From sequence record NC_026927.1: DNA of 64,000 nucleotides; one strand, 5' to 3'. Positions 29,671 through 38,462 of this stretch are shown here, in pieces. Each line of letters opens with the position of its first letter. The stretch's first letter is position 1. Made by a program: the position numbers and the translations under genes. Under the pieces are notes generated by a model that saw only the letters and a list, made by a program, of their open reading frames with translations, was not told the origin of the DNA and made no database searches.

Positions 29671-30282
29671 ATGACACTAATTAACGAACATAATCTTGGA
29701 GCTTGGAAAGCTTTAAACCCCCAAGACAAAAGACTACAAGCATTAACACTCTCAGAACTATTGGAGAATGCCGATCCAACTAGCGTAGATTTCAGTAGTA
29801 TTACCTTTAAGGGTCGTACAGACGGTCTACTCGGAGATGGTCTCGATTGTGCTGAAAGTATTGGTTTTGTTGTATTTGATTGTGTATGTCTGTTCCTAGG
29901 AGCAGCAACACTAAGAGCTTCAGCCACTGCTGAGGTAGCCGAAGATATGGCTAAAGCTGCAGAACCTGTTGTTAACCAACTAACACAGTATATTAGAACC
30001 ATTTCTGATTCAGCATCATCAACATATGATGTTGCTTATGCTGTGTTTAAGGTAATCTCTACCATCTACAGTGGAGGTGCTTTAGGTGCTGTTTGTGGTG
30101 TGTTCTTCACGTCCCTAACTTGGTACAACGCTATTCTCTATGGAATGACTGCTGTTGGTACTATTATGGCTGCTTTGGCAACTGATGGTGCTGCTGAAAT
30201 TGGTATTATTGTTGTGGAAATAGCAACAGCTGGTTTCCTAATTTCCGACAGTGTTGCCTGCTCTAAAGCATGCAACTACTGA
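29671..30282 (+). CDS. Hydrophobic multi-helix hypothetical protein (membrane- or toxin-like)
   Basis: 203 aa; the C-terminal two-thirds is Ala/Gly/Val-rich, with several hydrophobic helices and Cys pairs at both ends. Confidence 0.6.
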   Translation: MTLINEHNLGAWKALNPQDKRLQALTLSELLENADPTSVDFSSITFKGRTDGLLGDGLDCAESIGFVVFDCVCLFLGAATLRASATAEVAEDMAKAAEPVVNQLTQYIRTISDSASSTYDVAYAVFKVISTIYSGGALGAVCGVFFTSLTWYNAILYGMTAVGTIMAALATDGAAEIGIIVVEIATAGFLISDSVACSKACNY

Positions 30283-30286
30283 GTTG

Positions 30287-30293
30287 CTAAATA
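30287..30293 (+). promoter_or_regulatory. Late promoter-like motif CTAAATA
   Basis: Upstream of the 926-aa ORF, giving a leader of about 85 nt. Confidence 0.55.
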
Positions 30294-30383
30294 TATCTGA
30301 AAGGCAATCTAGTCGTGGGCGGTATTTTAATATCGTTAACAATTGTCCATTGAAGCCTTTCCCACATTTACGGTTCAATAGAT

Positions 30384-33164
30384 ATGGGTAATCTACACAA
30401 ATGGTTTTCAGGTTCCAAGTCCAAAGACGGCAAGTCTGGATGGGTGAATGTAAAGACTGGTGGTACCTGTGCAAGTGATGAACCCGGAGAGGGCACACCC
30501 AAGTGTGTGTCTTCATCTAAAAGAGCTAGTATGACCAAATCCGAAAGGGAGTCTGCTTCTCGTAGAAAGAAAGCTGCTGACCCTGGACAACAACAAAAGT
30601 CAGGTGCTGCTAAACCAACTTACGTATCTACCGACAAGCCTAAGAAGATGAAAAAAGAACATTTTTCTAATTGGAGGGATGATACACCAGAACCAATGGT
30701 CAATGAACTCTTTGGATTGGGTAAGAAGAAGGAAAAGAAAAACAACGGTTCTGGTGGTTCTTTCTCAGCTTCTACGGCAGAGGCGAATGCTAGATCCAGG
30801 GGGTGGAAACCTGAAAACGAAAAACCAAAACCCATGGGTGCTTTTGGTCCAGAAAAGGGAACGAGTAAATCCCCAGACCAATTCAGAAATGTGAAGAAAG
30901 CTTTGGGTATTCGTCCAAAACCAGAACCCAAAGTTACAAGTCAAACAAAACCAGAACCCAAAGTTACAAGTCAAACAAAACCAGATCCTACACCCAAGTC
31001 CAATCCATATTCTGGAAAGGATAAGTTAAAACCCCAAAGTTTTAGTACTGCAGTTAAATCTGGTACTAAAATGAAAAAGAGTACTCCATCAGCCCCAGGT
31101 AAAATTGTGACTCAACAAGGTAATCAAAAAGAGCAGTTTTCTAACTGGAGAGATAACTACGTAGCCACTGAGCACGAGTTCATCGATCTCATCAAACCAG
31201 AACCTATGGTAGGCATTTCAGAAACCAAGGAAGGTCAGATGAAAGCTGGTAGGGAGCAGTATAAGAAAGAGAAGGAGGAAGGTCGTTATGGTGGAACCAA
31301 ACCTTCTAATGAGAGAGTCGCAAAACTCATGAAGAAGCTGAAGGAGGAGACCAAGCAAGATGGTCCCGAACCTACAACGAAACAGACTCGTGGTGCTATG
31401 AAGAACATTCGTAGTAAAATGAATACTGCAAGTCACAAAGACCCAGATAAGAAGAAGACAAAGCAAGAACTAGCTTTCCAAAAGGCTAGAGCTAAGGCTT
31501 GGGGTATGACTGAAGGAAAGGAAGAGAAGAGAAAGGATGCAATGCCCGAGGGTGATGTTGGATATGAGATTCATAAGAAAGCAGTTGCCCAATACAACAA
31601 ACAGAACCCTAGTAAGAAGGTGAAGGAGGAAGTAGAAATCTCCGAAGAGGATAAGAAAGGTTCAGGTAGTGGTAAGAAAGACGCCTGTTACAATAAGGTG
31701 AAGGCATCAGCTTCTGTATGGCCATCAGCTTATGCTTCTGGTCGTTTAGTTCAGTGCCGTAAGAAAGGTGCTGCCAACTATGGCAAATCCAAGAATGAGG
31801 AGTTTATCAGTATTGTAGCCTCCGAGTATTTCATCAATGAAGGACTCAATGATGAGGGAGTGGCAGAACTAGTTGATTTGTTGGGACCTATTCAGTTTGG
31901 TGAATTGGTTAATGAGATTGCTGAGGGTGTAGAAGAAGATCTACTTACTGAAGCTAGAGCTGGTGGAGTTAAGATTGAACCCAAGAATAAGTCTGGTACT
32001 AGAGTTTCAGATCTATCCAAGGGAGCTAGAACTAGAGCTATTAACACACTCCGTAAAGAGAAGGCAGCTAAGAGAGCTGGTGAAGGTGAAGGTGGCAAGG
32101 GCAGTCTAAAGGACTCCCTAAAATCACAAGCAAAGGCAGCTAAGAAACCAGAACCCAAAAAGGCTAAGAAGGAAGAACCCAAAAAGGAAGCAGCTAAACC
32201 AGCAGTTGAGAAGGCTAAAGCCACTCAACCTAAGAAGAGAGGTTTCTTAGATTCTGTAGCCCGTCAAGTTAATAAGGGTATGGATCGTCATAGAAAGGCA
32301 ATGGAACTAGCCCGTGAAACTGGTAAGGTAGCTAAGAAGGCAGCCAATATTGGTGGTCAAGTTGCTAAAGGTGCAGTTCAAGGTGTTAAGGACACCGCCA
32401 AGACAACCAAAAACGTAGCTGATAAACTAAAAGAAGAATACGTATTGGTTGTATCTGAAGAGTGGAAGCCTGACCCCACTGAGAAACGTGAAAAGAAAGC
32501 TGCTAAGCTAGGTAGGGATGAAGAGATCGAGAAAGGCAAGTCCAAGAAATATGGACGCGATGAATCCAAGATTGACAAACTCTACAAGCGTCGTATGGCT
32601 GTTCAGTTCAAAAAGAAAATGAGTGAGGAAAGACTAGACGAACTCAAGTGTTGGAAAGGTTACAAGCGTAAGAAGGGTTCTACACCTGGAGCTCCTGGTT
32701 CCTGTGTGAAAGAAGGTTTCTCCAGTTGGAGAGACGACCTTGACCTTATGGAAGGTGTTGCAGCTTGGCAACGTAAGTTTGTTTCTGAAGAATCCAAAAG
32801 AGAACTTCAGATTCGTGCTTCGAAGGGTGACAAGGCAGCCATGAAGAAACTTCATCAACTTCGTGCCGATGGTAAGATTGGTAAAGAACCTGGTTTTGAA
32901 CCTAAGAGAGATCTTCCTGAAGGTGCAGCATGGACACGTAAAGAGGGAAAGAATAAAGCCGGGGGGCTTAACGAGAAGGGACGTAAGTCTTACGAACGAG
33001 AGAACCCCGGCAGTGACCTCAAAGCACCACAACCTGAGGGTGGTAGTCGCAAGAAGTCGTTTTGCGCACGTATGAGCGGAATGAAGAAGAAACTAACCTC
33101 TTCTAAGACTGCTAACGATCCCGATTCAAGAATCAATAAGTCACTAAGAAAATGGAACTGCTGA
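30384..33164 (+). CDS. Modular basic protein (926 aa), candidate head-internal polyprotein
   Basis: Lys-rich modules separated by acidic spacers, with KE(H/Q/G)FS(N/S)WRD three times. It includes a DACYNKVK...WPSAYASG module and a C-terminal AAWTRKEGKN...SFCARM...SLRKWNC module (DUF5872-like and DUF6321-like from memory). Confidence 0.7.
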   Translation: MGNLHKWFSGSKSKDGKSGWVNVKTGGTCASDEPGEGTPKCVSSSKRASMTKSERESASRRKKAADPGQQQKSGAAKPTYVSTDKPKKMKKEHFSNWRDDTPEPMVNELFGLGKKKEKKNNGSGGSFSASTAEANARSRGWKPENEKPKPMGAFGPEKGTSKSPDQFRNVKKALGIRPKPEPKVTSQTKPEPKVTSQTKPDPTPKSNPYSGKDKLKPQSFSTAVKSGTKMKKSTPSAPGKIVTQQGNQKEQFSNWRDNYVATEHEFIDLIKPEPMVGISETKEGQMKAGREQYKKEKEEGRYGGTKPSNERVAKLMKKLKEETKQDGPEPTTKQTRGAMKNIRSKMNTASHKDPDKKKTKQELAFQKARAKAWGMTEGKEEKRKDAMPEGDVGYEIHKKAVAQYNKQNPSKKVKEEVEISEEDKKGSGSGKKDACYNKVKASASVWPSAYASGRLVQCRKKGAANYGKSKNEEFISIVASEYFINEGLNDEGVAELVDLLGPIQFGELVNEIAEGVEEDLLTEARAGGVKIEPKNKSGTRVSDLSKGARTRAINTLRKEKAAKRAGEGEGGKGSLKDSLKSQAKAAKKPEPKKAKKEEPKKEAAKPAVEKAKATQPKKRGFLDSVARQVNKGMDRHRKAMELARETGKVAKKAANIGGQVAKGAVQGVKDTAKTTKNVADKLKEEYVLVVSEEWKPDPTEKREKKAAKLGRDEEIEKGKSKKYGRDESKIDKLYKRRMAVQFKKKMSEERLDELKCWKGYKRKKGSTPGAPGSCVKEGFSSWRDDLDLMEGVAAWQRKFVSEESKRELQIRASKGDKAAMKKLHQLRADGKIGKEPGFEPKRDLPEGAAWTRKEGKNKAGGLNEKGRKSYERENPGSDLKAPQPEGGSRKKSFCARMSGMKKKLTSSKTANDPDSRINKSLRKWNC
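30917..30988 (+). repeat. 30-nt tandem repeat (2.4 copies) encoding KPEPKVTSQT
   Basis: AAAACCAGAACCCAAAGTTACAAGTCAAAC occurs exactly at 30917-30946 and 30947-30976, then partially (AAAACCAGATCC). Confidence 0.9.
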
Positions 33165-33268
33165 GAACCGCCCTGTCCCACACTTGGTTTGTGGGAATTT
33201 TGTCATACTTACTGGTAACAATTCCCGTTATTGGAATTGATATAATCCACAGACAAGAAAACAACTAA
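33152..33268 (+). CDS. Small single-pass membrane protein (38 aa), not in the ORF track
   Basis: MELLRTALSHTWFVGILSYLLVTIPVIGIDIIHRQENN. It overlaps the preceding stop and ends 2 nt before the next ATG. Confidence 0.6.
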   Translation: MELLRTALSHTWFVGILSYLLVTIPVIGIDIIHRQENN

Positions 33269-33270
33269 CA

Positions 33271-34482
33271 ATGTCTATCCTAACTCACACTAATAATAAC
33301 TACGAAAGGTACGATGAGGACAATGTTCTAGCGTCACCTCAGCCTGCATTTAGGAGTGAGAGTATGGATGCAGTTGGTTGGACTAATTTTACCTGGAAAG
33401 ATTTTGATGGTGATTATGTCAAGACTCTAGTGGGTGGTGGTATAACTTCTATTAATGAGTATGTGAAGAGAGACGTAGATAATAATATAGTCACTCAACC
33501 CCAATACATCAGGCACGATATAGACAATAACCCAGTAGGTAGTTTGAATCCACTAGAAATTGTAGGTGTTGGTAATATCACAGCACCTAACGGATTTGCT
33601 GTCGGTAGGGATATGGCTGGTCAGGTTGCTGGTTATCAGGGTGGTACTGAACCCATCACTGTTGAAGGTCAGTTACAGAAACAAGAAACCCCTGGTGGTG
33701 CTTGGATTGGTATTAGTCCTTGGACGGCAGTTGATACTGCAGTAAAAGAAATAGACTCTTCTTTGGTGGGAGCTAAACTTCGTATTTCTACTAGAATTCA
33801 AGATGCCATAATCGCTCCATCATATCTCACTACCAATACTCCTGCTTCGGATGTTGTTGTTGGTGAGATGACTCCCGATGTGAAAGGTACTCTTACTTCT
33901 AGTGGAGCGGACCCTGCATATCCAGGAGATGTACTTACTCAGACAGAAGGCACTATAACCGGTGGTATCGCTCCATTTGCTAAGTCATATCAATGGTTTA
34001 GAAGAGAAACTGGCACCACGAATGGGTATGCATTCTTTGGTGCTCCAGATGGATTGACTTATACTATTCAGTATAGTGATATTGGTTATGATGTTAAAGC
34101 AAGAACTAGGTGGCAAGATTCATATAACTATCTTAGAACCGTCGGTACGGTTCCAAACCACATTGAGGTTATAGCAGAACCACTAGAATTGGTATCAAAG
34201 GGAACTCTAGATGGAGTTGGTCAGTCAGGCACAGTCCTAACACAAACTGCAGCAGTATTCAGTGGTGGTGTTCCCCCATTCACTTATAGATATGAATGGG
34301 TTAGGAGAGTGACTGGTGAGTCTGGATTCTTCGAGTTTGGTGCTCCAGATGGTCTTCAGTATATTATTAGGTCTTCTGATATCGGTTATGATATTAGAGG
34401 AAGAACCGAAATCTTTGACTCCCTAGGAAATTCGAAGAGTAGTAGTTCTACTATTCCTGGAGATGTTTCAGTAACATCATAA
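33271..34482 (+). CDS. Putative virion decoration protein with two tandem Ig-like domains
   Basis: Two ~100-aa repeats: G.VLTQT...GG..P..Y.(Q/E)W.RR.TG...FGAPDGL.Y.I..SDIGYD...RT...DS. Confidence 0.6.
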   Translation: MSILTHTNNNYERYDEDNVLASPQPAFRSESMDAVGWTNFTWKDFDGDYVKTLVGGGITSINEYVKRDVDNNIVTQPQYIRHDIDNNPVGSLNPLEIVGVGNITAPNGFAVGRDMAGQVAGYQGGTEPITVEGQLQKQETPGGAWIGISPWTAVDTAVKEIDSSLVGAKLRISTRIQDAIIAPSYLTTNTPASDVVVGEMTPDVKGTLTSSGADPAYPGDVLTQTEGTITGGIAPFAKSYQWFRRETGTTNGYAFFGAPDGLTYTIQYSDIGYDVKARTRWQDSYNYLRTVGTVPNHIEVIAEPLELVSKGTLDGVGQSGTVLTQTAAVFSGGVPPFTYRYEWVRRVTGESGFFEFGAPDGLQYIIRSSDIGYDIRGRTEIFDSLGNSKSSSSTIPGDVSVTS

Positions 34483-34511
34483 CCCCTACATAAGGTAGGT
34501 ATAATATTATT

Positions 34512-36158
34512 ATGGCGGATACTAAGTATCTTGGGAATCCAAACCTGAAGAAGGCGAACGTTGCTGTCAACTTCACTTTGGAACAGGTGAAGGAGTATGT
34601 TAGATGTAAAGAAGACCCAATCTTTTTTGCCAGGAACTACATTAAGATTGTGTCCCTGGACCATGGTCTTGTGCCATTTAAGTTGTATGATTTCCAGGAA
34701 GACTTAGTTAGAAGTTTCCATGAGAAGAGATTTACTATCTGTAAGATGCCTAGACAGACAGGTAAGTCTACAACCTGTGTGGCGTTTCTTCTCCACTACT
34801 TGGTATTCAATGATAATGTCAACGTCGGTATCCTAGCAAACAAAGCAGCAACTGCTAGAGAGATTCTAGGACGACTACAGATTGCATATGAAAACTTACC
34901 GTCGTGGATGCAACACGGTATTGTTTCTTGGAATAAAGGTTCAGTGGAGTTGGAGAATGGCAGTAAGATATTGGCAGCTTCTACGTCTGCAAGTGCTGTC
35001 CGAGGTATGTCTTTTAATATCATCTTCCTCGATGAATTTGCGTTCGTTCAGAACAATATTGCAGAGCAGTTCTTTGCCTCTGTTTATCCTACTATTACTT
35101 CTGGTAAATCAACGAAAGTAATCATCGTTTCCACGCCACATGGTATGAACCACTTCTACCGAATGTGGCATGATGCTGAGAGGGGTATAAATGAGTACAA
35201 TCCAATTGAAGTTCACTGGTCTCAGGTACCGGGAAGAGACTCCATATGGAAAGAACAAACTATTAAGAACACTTCTGCTGAACAGTTCAAGGTTGAGTTT
35301 GAGTGTGAGTTCATTGGTTCTGTTGATACTTTGATTGCTCCATCTGTTCTCAGGGCGATGGAATACAGAGAACCAATTAGGAAGCAAAAGAGTTTAGATA
35401 TATTCTACGAACCAGAAAAAGATAACATCTATGTAATCACCGTAGATGTTGCCAGAGGGGTCGGAAAGGATTACTCTGCCTTTGTGGTGTTTGATGTCAC
35501 AAAGTTCCCCTACAAGGTCGTGGCGAAGTATAGAGACAACGAAATCAAGCCAATGGTATTCCCCAGTATCATTGAGAGGGTGGCAAAGTCATATAATAGG
35601 GCGTGGTGTCTTATTGAGGTGAATGATATTGGTGACCAAGTTGCCTCTATCCTAAACTATGATTTGGAGTATCCCAACCTCATGATGTGTGCTATGAGAG
35701 GTAGGGCTGGTCAGCAACTAGGTGCGGGTTTCAGTGGGTCCAAGACTCAGTTGGGTGTGAAGATGAGTGTTGCCACCAAGAAACTAGGTTGCTCCAACCT
35801 CAAGACTCTGGTGGAGGAAACTAAACTAATCTTTGAAGACTACAATATTGTTCAGGAACTGACGACCTTTATTCAAAAGAACAACTCATTCCAAGCGGAA
35901 GAGGGGTGTAATGATGACTTGGCTATGTGCTTGGTTATCTTCTCTTGGGTAGTGGCTCAGGACTACTTCAAAGAGATGACTAACAATGATGTGAGAAAGG
36001 AGATATACAATGAAAAGGAGAACCAGATTGAACAGGATATGTCACCATTTGGTTTCTTCTCTGACGGAACTGAAGAGGGTACCTTTGTAGATAATAGTGG
36101 GGACGTGTGGCACACTGATGAATATGGGGATATGAGCCACATGTGGGAATATATGTAG
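34512..36158 (+). CDS. gp17: Terminase large subunit gp17
   Basis: Walker A-type PRQTGKST, Walker B IIFLDEFAF, STPHGMNHFY, and nuclease motifs TVDVARG and DDLAM. Confidence 0.97.
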   Translation: MADTKYLGNPNLKKANVAVNFTLEQVKEYVRCKEDPIFFARNYIKIVSLDHGLVPFKLYDFQEDLVRSFHEKRFTICKMPRQTGKSTTCVAFLLHYLVFNDNVNVGILANKAATAREILGRLQIAYENLPSWMQHGIVSWNKGSVELENGSKILAASTSASAVRGMSFNIIFLDEFAFVQNNIAEQFFASVYPTITSGKSTKVIIVSTPHGMNHFYRMWHDAERGINEYNPIEVHWSQVPGRDSIWKEQTIKNTSAEQFKVEFECEFIGSVDTLIAPSVLRAMEYREPIRKQKSLDIFYEPEKDNIYVITVDVARGVGKDYSAFVVFDVTKFPYKVVAKYRDNEIKPMVFPSIIERVAKSYNRAWCLIEVNDIGDQVASILNYDLEYPNLMMCAMRGRAGQQLGAGFSGSKTQLGVKMSVATKKLGCSNLKTLVEETKLIFEDYNIVQELTTFIQKNNSFQAEEGCNDDLAMCLVIFSWVVAQDYFKEMTNNDVRKEIYNEKENQIEQDMSPFGFFSDGTEEGTFVDNSGDVWHTDEYGDMSHMWEYM

Positions 36159-36176
36159 TTCTAAAATACATATTTC

Positions 36177-36184
36177 TATAAATA
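36177..36184 (+). promoter_or_regulatory. Late promoter (TATAAATA) for gp18-gp19
   Basis: Exact consensus about 45 nt upstream of gp18. Confidence 0.75.
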
Positions 36185-36226
36185 TTTCTAGATTAATTTC
36201 GGACTTTCAAAAGGGAGAACCAAAAG

Positions 36227-38422
36227 ATGCCAGTAAACTTAGCATCGCCCGGAATTGTCGTAAGAGAGGTGGACCTTACCCTAGGTAATGTACAGACTTC
36301 TACGGACAAGACCGGCGCAATTGTTGCCTCTTTCGCAAGAGGACCTGTTGATAAGCCAACCCTAATCGCAAGCGAGAACGAGCTTCTCGATGTCTTCGGA
36401 CAACCCTCATCTACTGATAGGCAGTATGAAGGATGGCTATCCATTTCTTCTTATTTGTCATATGGCGGTATTATGCAGGTTGTTCGTTCTGACAACGAGA
36501 AACTCAATAATAGCTTTGTGGGCACGGCCAGCAGCATTAAAATTAAAAGCTTAGAGGATTATAACGATCTAGCTTATGATGAGAACCAGATTCCTGGTGT
36601 CACGGTAGCATCCAGAAACCCAGGATCCTGGGCAAACGGTATTAAGGTAGCGTTTATTGATGGTAAAGCTGACCAATATGTCAGTTCAGTGGGTCTTGGC
36701 ACTTCAGCCACTTCTTCCATTGCTCTAGGACAGGGTGTAATTCAAACTATCAGCAAAGTTGCTGCTGGTGCGGGTACTACACAATTAGTAGAAGGAGACC
36801 TTAAGGGTATTATTACTGGAGTAAACACCTCCACGGATCAACTAGAAGTTAAAGTCCTTTCATTCACTCCCTCAACTGGTTCAAACGCAGGTGTACAATT
36901 CGAAGTTGATTATCAACAGGGTGGTACTTGGTCGTTTGTAACTGGACTCTTCCAGGTATATTCTAGCGTAGGTCTAGTGACCTCAGTAGTAGCCGGTGGA
37001 GCATCAGATTGGTTTGATGATCAAACTATCTCCGTTCAAGGTGGTAGAACAACAGTTAATTGGAACTCCCTAGCCAACAGACCAACCACAACTGAGTTCG
37101 CAAGAACTAGAAACGCTCGTTTCGATGAATTCCACATTGTCATTTTTGATGACACAGGTGATGTTACTGGTAATGCCGGTACCATTCTAGAGAAGAATAT
37201 TGGAATGTCCAAGGGTACAGATGCTGAGTTCTCAGCTGGTACTCCTTCTTACTGGAGAAAGTATCTAGCTAACACTTCTTCTTACCTCTTTGGTGGATCA
37301 TCCCCAGTTGGTGTAGTTACAACTTCCTTTGAGCCCGATAACGGTAATGGTTTCGTTCCTGAAACTGGCGGTGAGTGGGATCAACAGACCCGTAATAAGA
37401 ACTTCTATTCCTGTGGTAACCTAGCGGTAACTATGGAGGGTGGTAAGAACTACGACGGTGGAACTGATATCGATGCAATCGGTGCGTTAAGAGTAGATGT
37501 TGGTGATATCGCAGCAGGTTACGACAACTTTGAGTCCGATGACGAGACTGATATTGATTTCCTAATTATGGGATCAGCAGCCTACAACGAACCTGAAACT
37601 CAGTCACTAGCTAACAAGATCATCTCGATCGCAGAACTACGTAAGGACGCTATGGCGTTCATTTCACCTTACAGAGGTTCTCAGATTACTGATTCTGGAT
37701 CAGGTGCTCAGGTTACTATCAACTCTAACAAGATTACTGATAACCTAATCAGTTTCTACTCAACTGTAGCTTCTTCCAGTTACGCCGTATTGGACACTGG
37801 TTACAAGTACATGTATGATAGGTTCGCAGACAAGTTCAGATATGTTCCTATGAACGGGGACATCGCTGGATGTTGTGCAAGAACCGATCAAGTAGCTTTC
37901 CCTTGGTTCTCACCAGCAGGAACTACAAGAGGAGCAATCCTCAATGGTGTAAGACTAGCTTACAACCCAACACAACAACAGAGAGATCGCCTCTACTCCG
38001 CTAGAATCAATCCTGTCATCTTCGCTAATGATGTTGGTGGTATTGTTCTCTTCGGTGATAAGACAGCCCTATCAGCCTCTTCCGCTTTCGATAGAATCAA
38101 CGTTCGTCGTTTGTTTATCTACGTAGAAGACGCTGTTAGTTCAGCCGCCAAGGATCAACTCTTTGAATTTAACGATGAAGTTACTAGAACTAACTTCGTG
38201 AATATTGTAGAACCTTTCCTTCGTGATGTTCAAGCGAAAAGAGGTATTACAGACTTCATTGTAGTTTGTGACGAAACCAATAACACACCTGCTGTTGTTG
38301 ATAGAAACGAGTTCGTCGCTGACATCTTCATCAAACCAACCCGTTCCATTAACTTCATCGGTCTAACGTTTGTTGCTACCCGCACTGGCGTAAGTTTCGA
38401 AGAGGTTGTTGGTACTGTTTAA
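36227..38422 (+). CDS. gp18: Tail sheath protein gp18
   Basis: LASPGIVVREVDLT, PWFSPAGTTRG, FGDKT...AFDRINVRRLF and FIKPTRSINFI motifs. Confidence 0.97.
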   Translation: MPVNLASPGIVVREVDLTLGNVQTSTDKTGAIVASFARGPVDKPTLIASENELLDVFGQPSSTDRQYEGWLSISSYLSYGGIMQVVRSDNEKLNNSFVGTASSIKIKSLEDYNDLAYDENQIPGVTVASRNPGSWANGIKVAFIDGKADQYVSSVGLGTSATSSIALGQGVIQTISKVAAGAGTTQLVEGDLKGIITGVNTSTDQLEVKVLSFTPSTGSNAGVQFEVDYQQGGTWSFVTGLFQVYSSVGLVTSVVAGGASDWFDDQTISVQGGRTTVNWNSLANRPTTTEFARTRNARFDEFHIVIFDDTGDVTGNAGTILEKNIGMSKGTDAEFSAGTPSYWRKYLANTSSYLFGGSSPVGVVTTSFEPDNGNGFVPETGGEWDQQTRNKNFYSCGNLAVTMEGGKNYDGGTDIDAIGALRVDVGDIAAGYDNFESDDETDIDFLIMGSAAYNEPETQSLANKIISIAELRKDAMAFISPYRGSQITDSGSGAQVTINSNKITDNLISFYSTVASSSYAVLDTGYKYMYDRFADKFRYVPMNGDIAGCCARTDQVAFPWFSPAGTTRGAILNGVRLAYNPTQQQRDRLYSARINPVIFANDVGGIVLFGDKTALSASSAFDRINVRRLFIYVEDAVSSAAKDQLFEFNDEVTRTNFVNIVEPFLRDVQAKRGITDFIVVCDETNNTPAVVDRNEFVADIFIKPTRSINFIGLTFVATRTGVSFEEVVGTV

Positions 38423-38462
38423 TTCACTTCTACCTAAACAAATTTTCAAGGAGCAACCCTAA

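Noticed and set aside
30299-30365. Assignment of the leader to a known riboswitch or HDV-like ribozyme
   Set aside because: AAAGGCAA and ATCGTT only superficially recall c-di-GMP-I and glutamine motifs; the remaining conserved elements and the HDV helix order are absent. Kept only as an unclassified structure.
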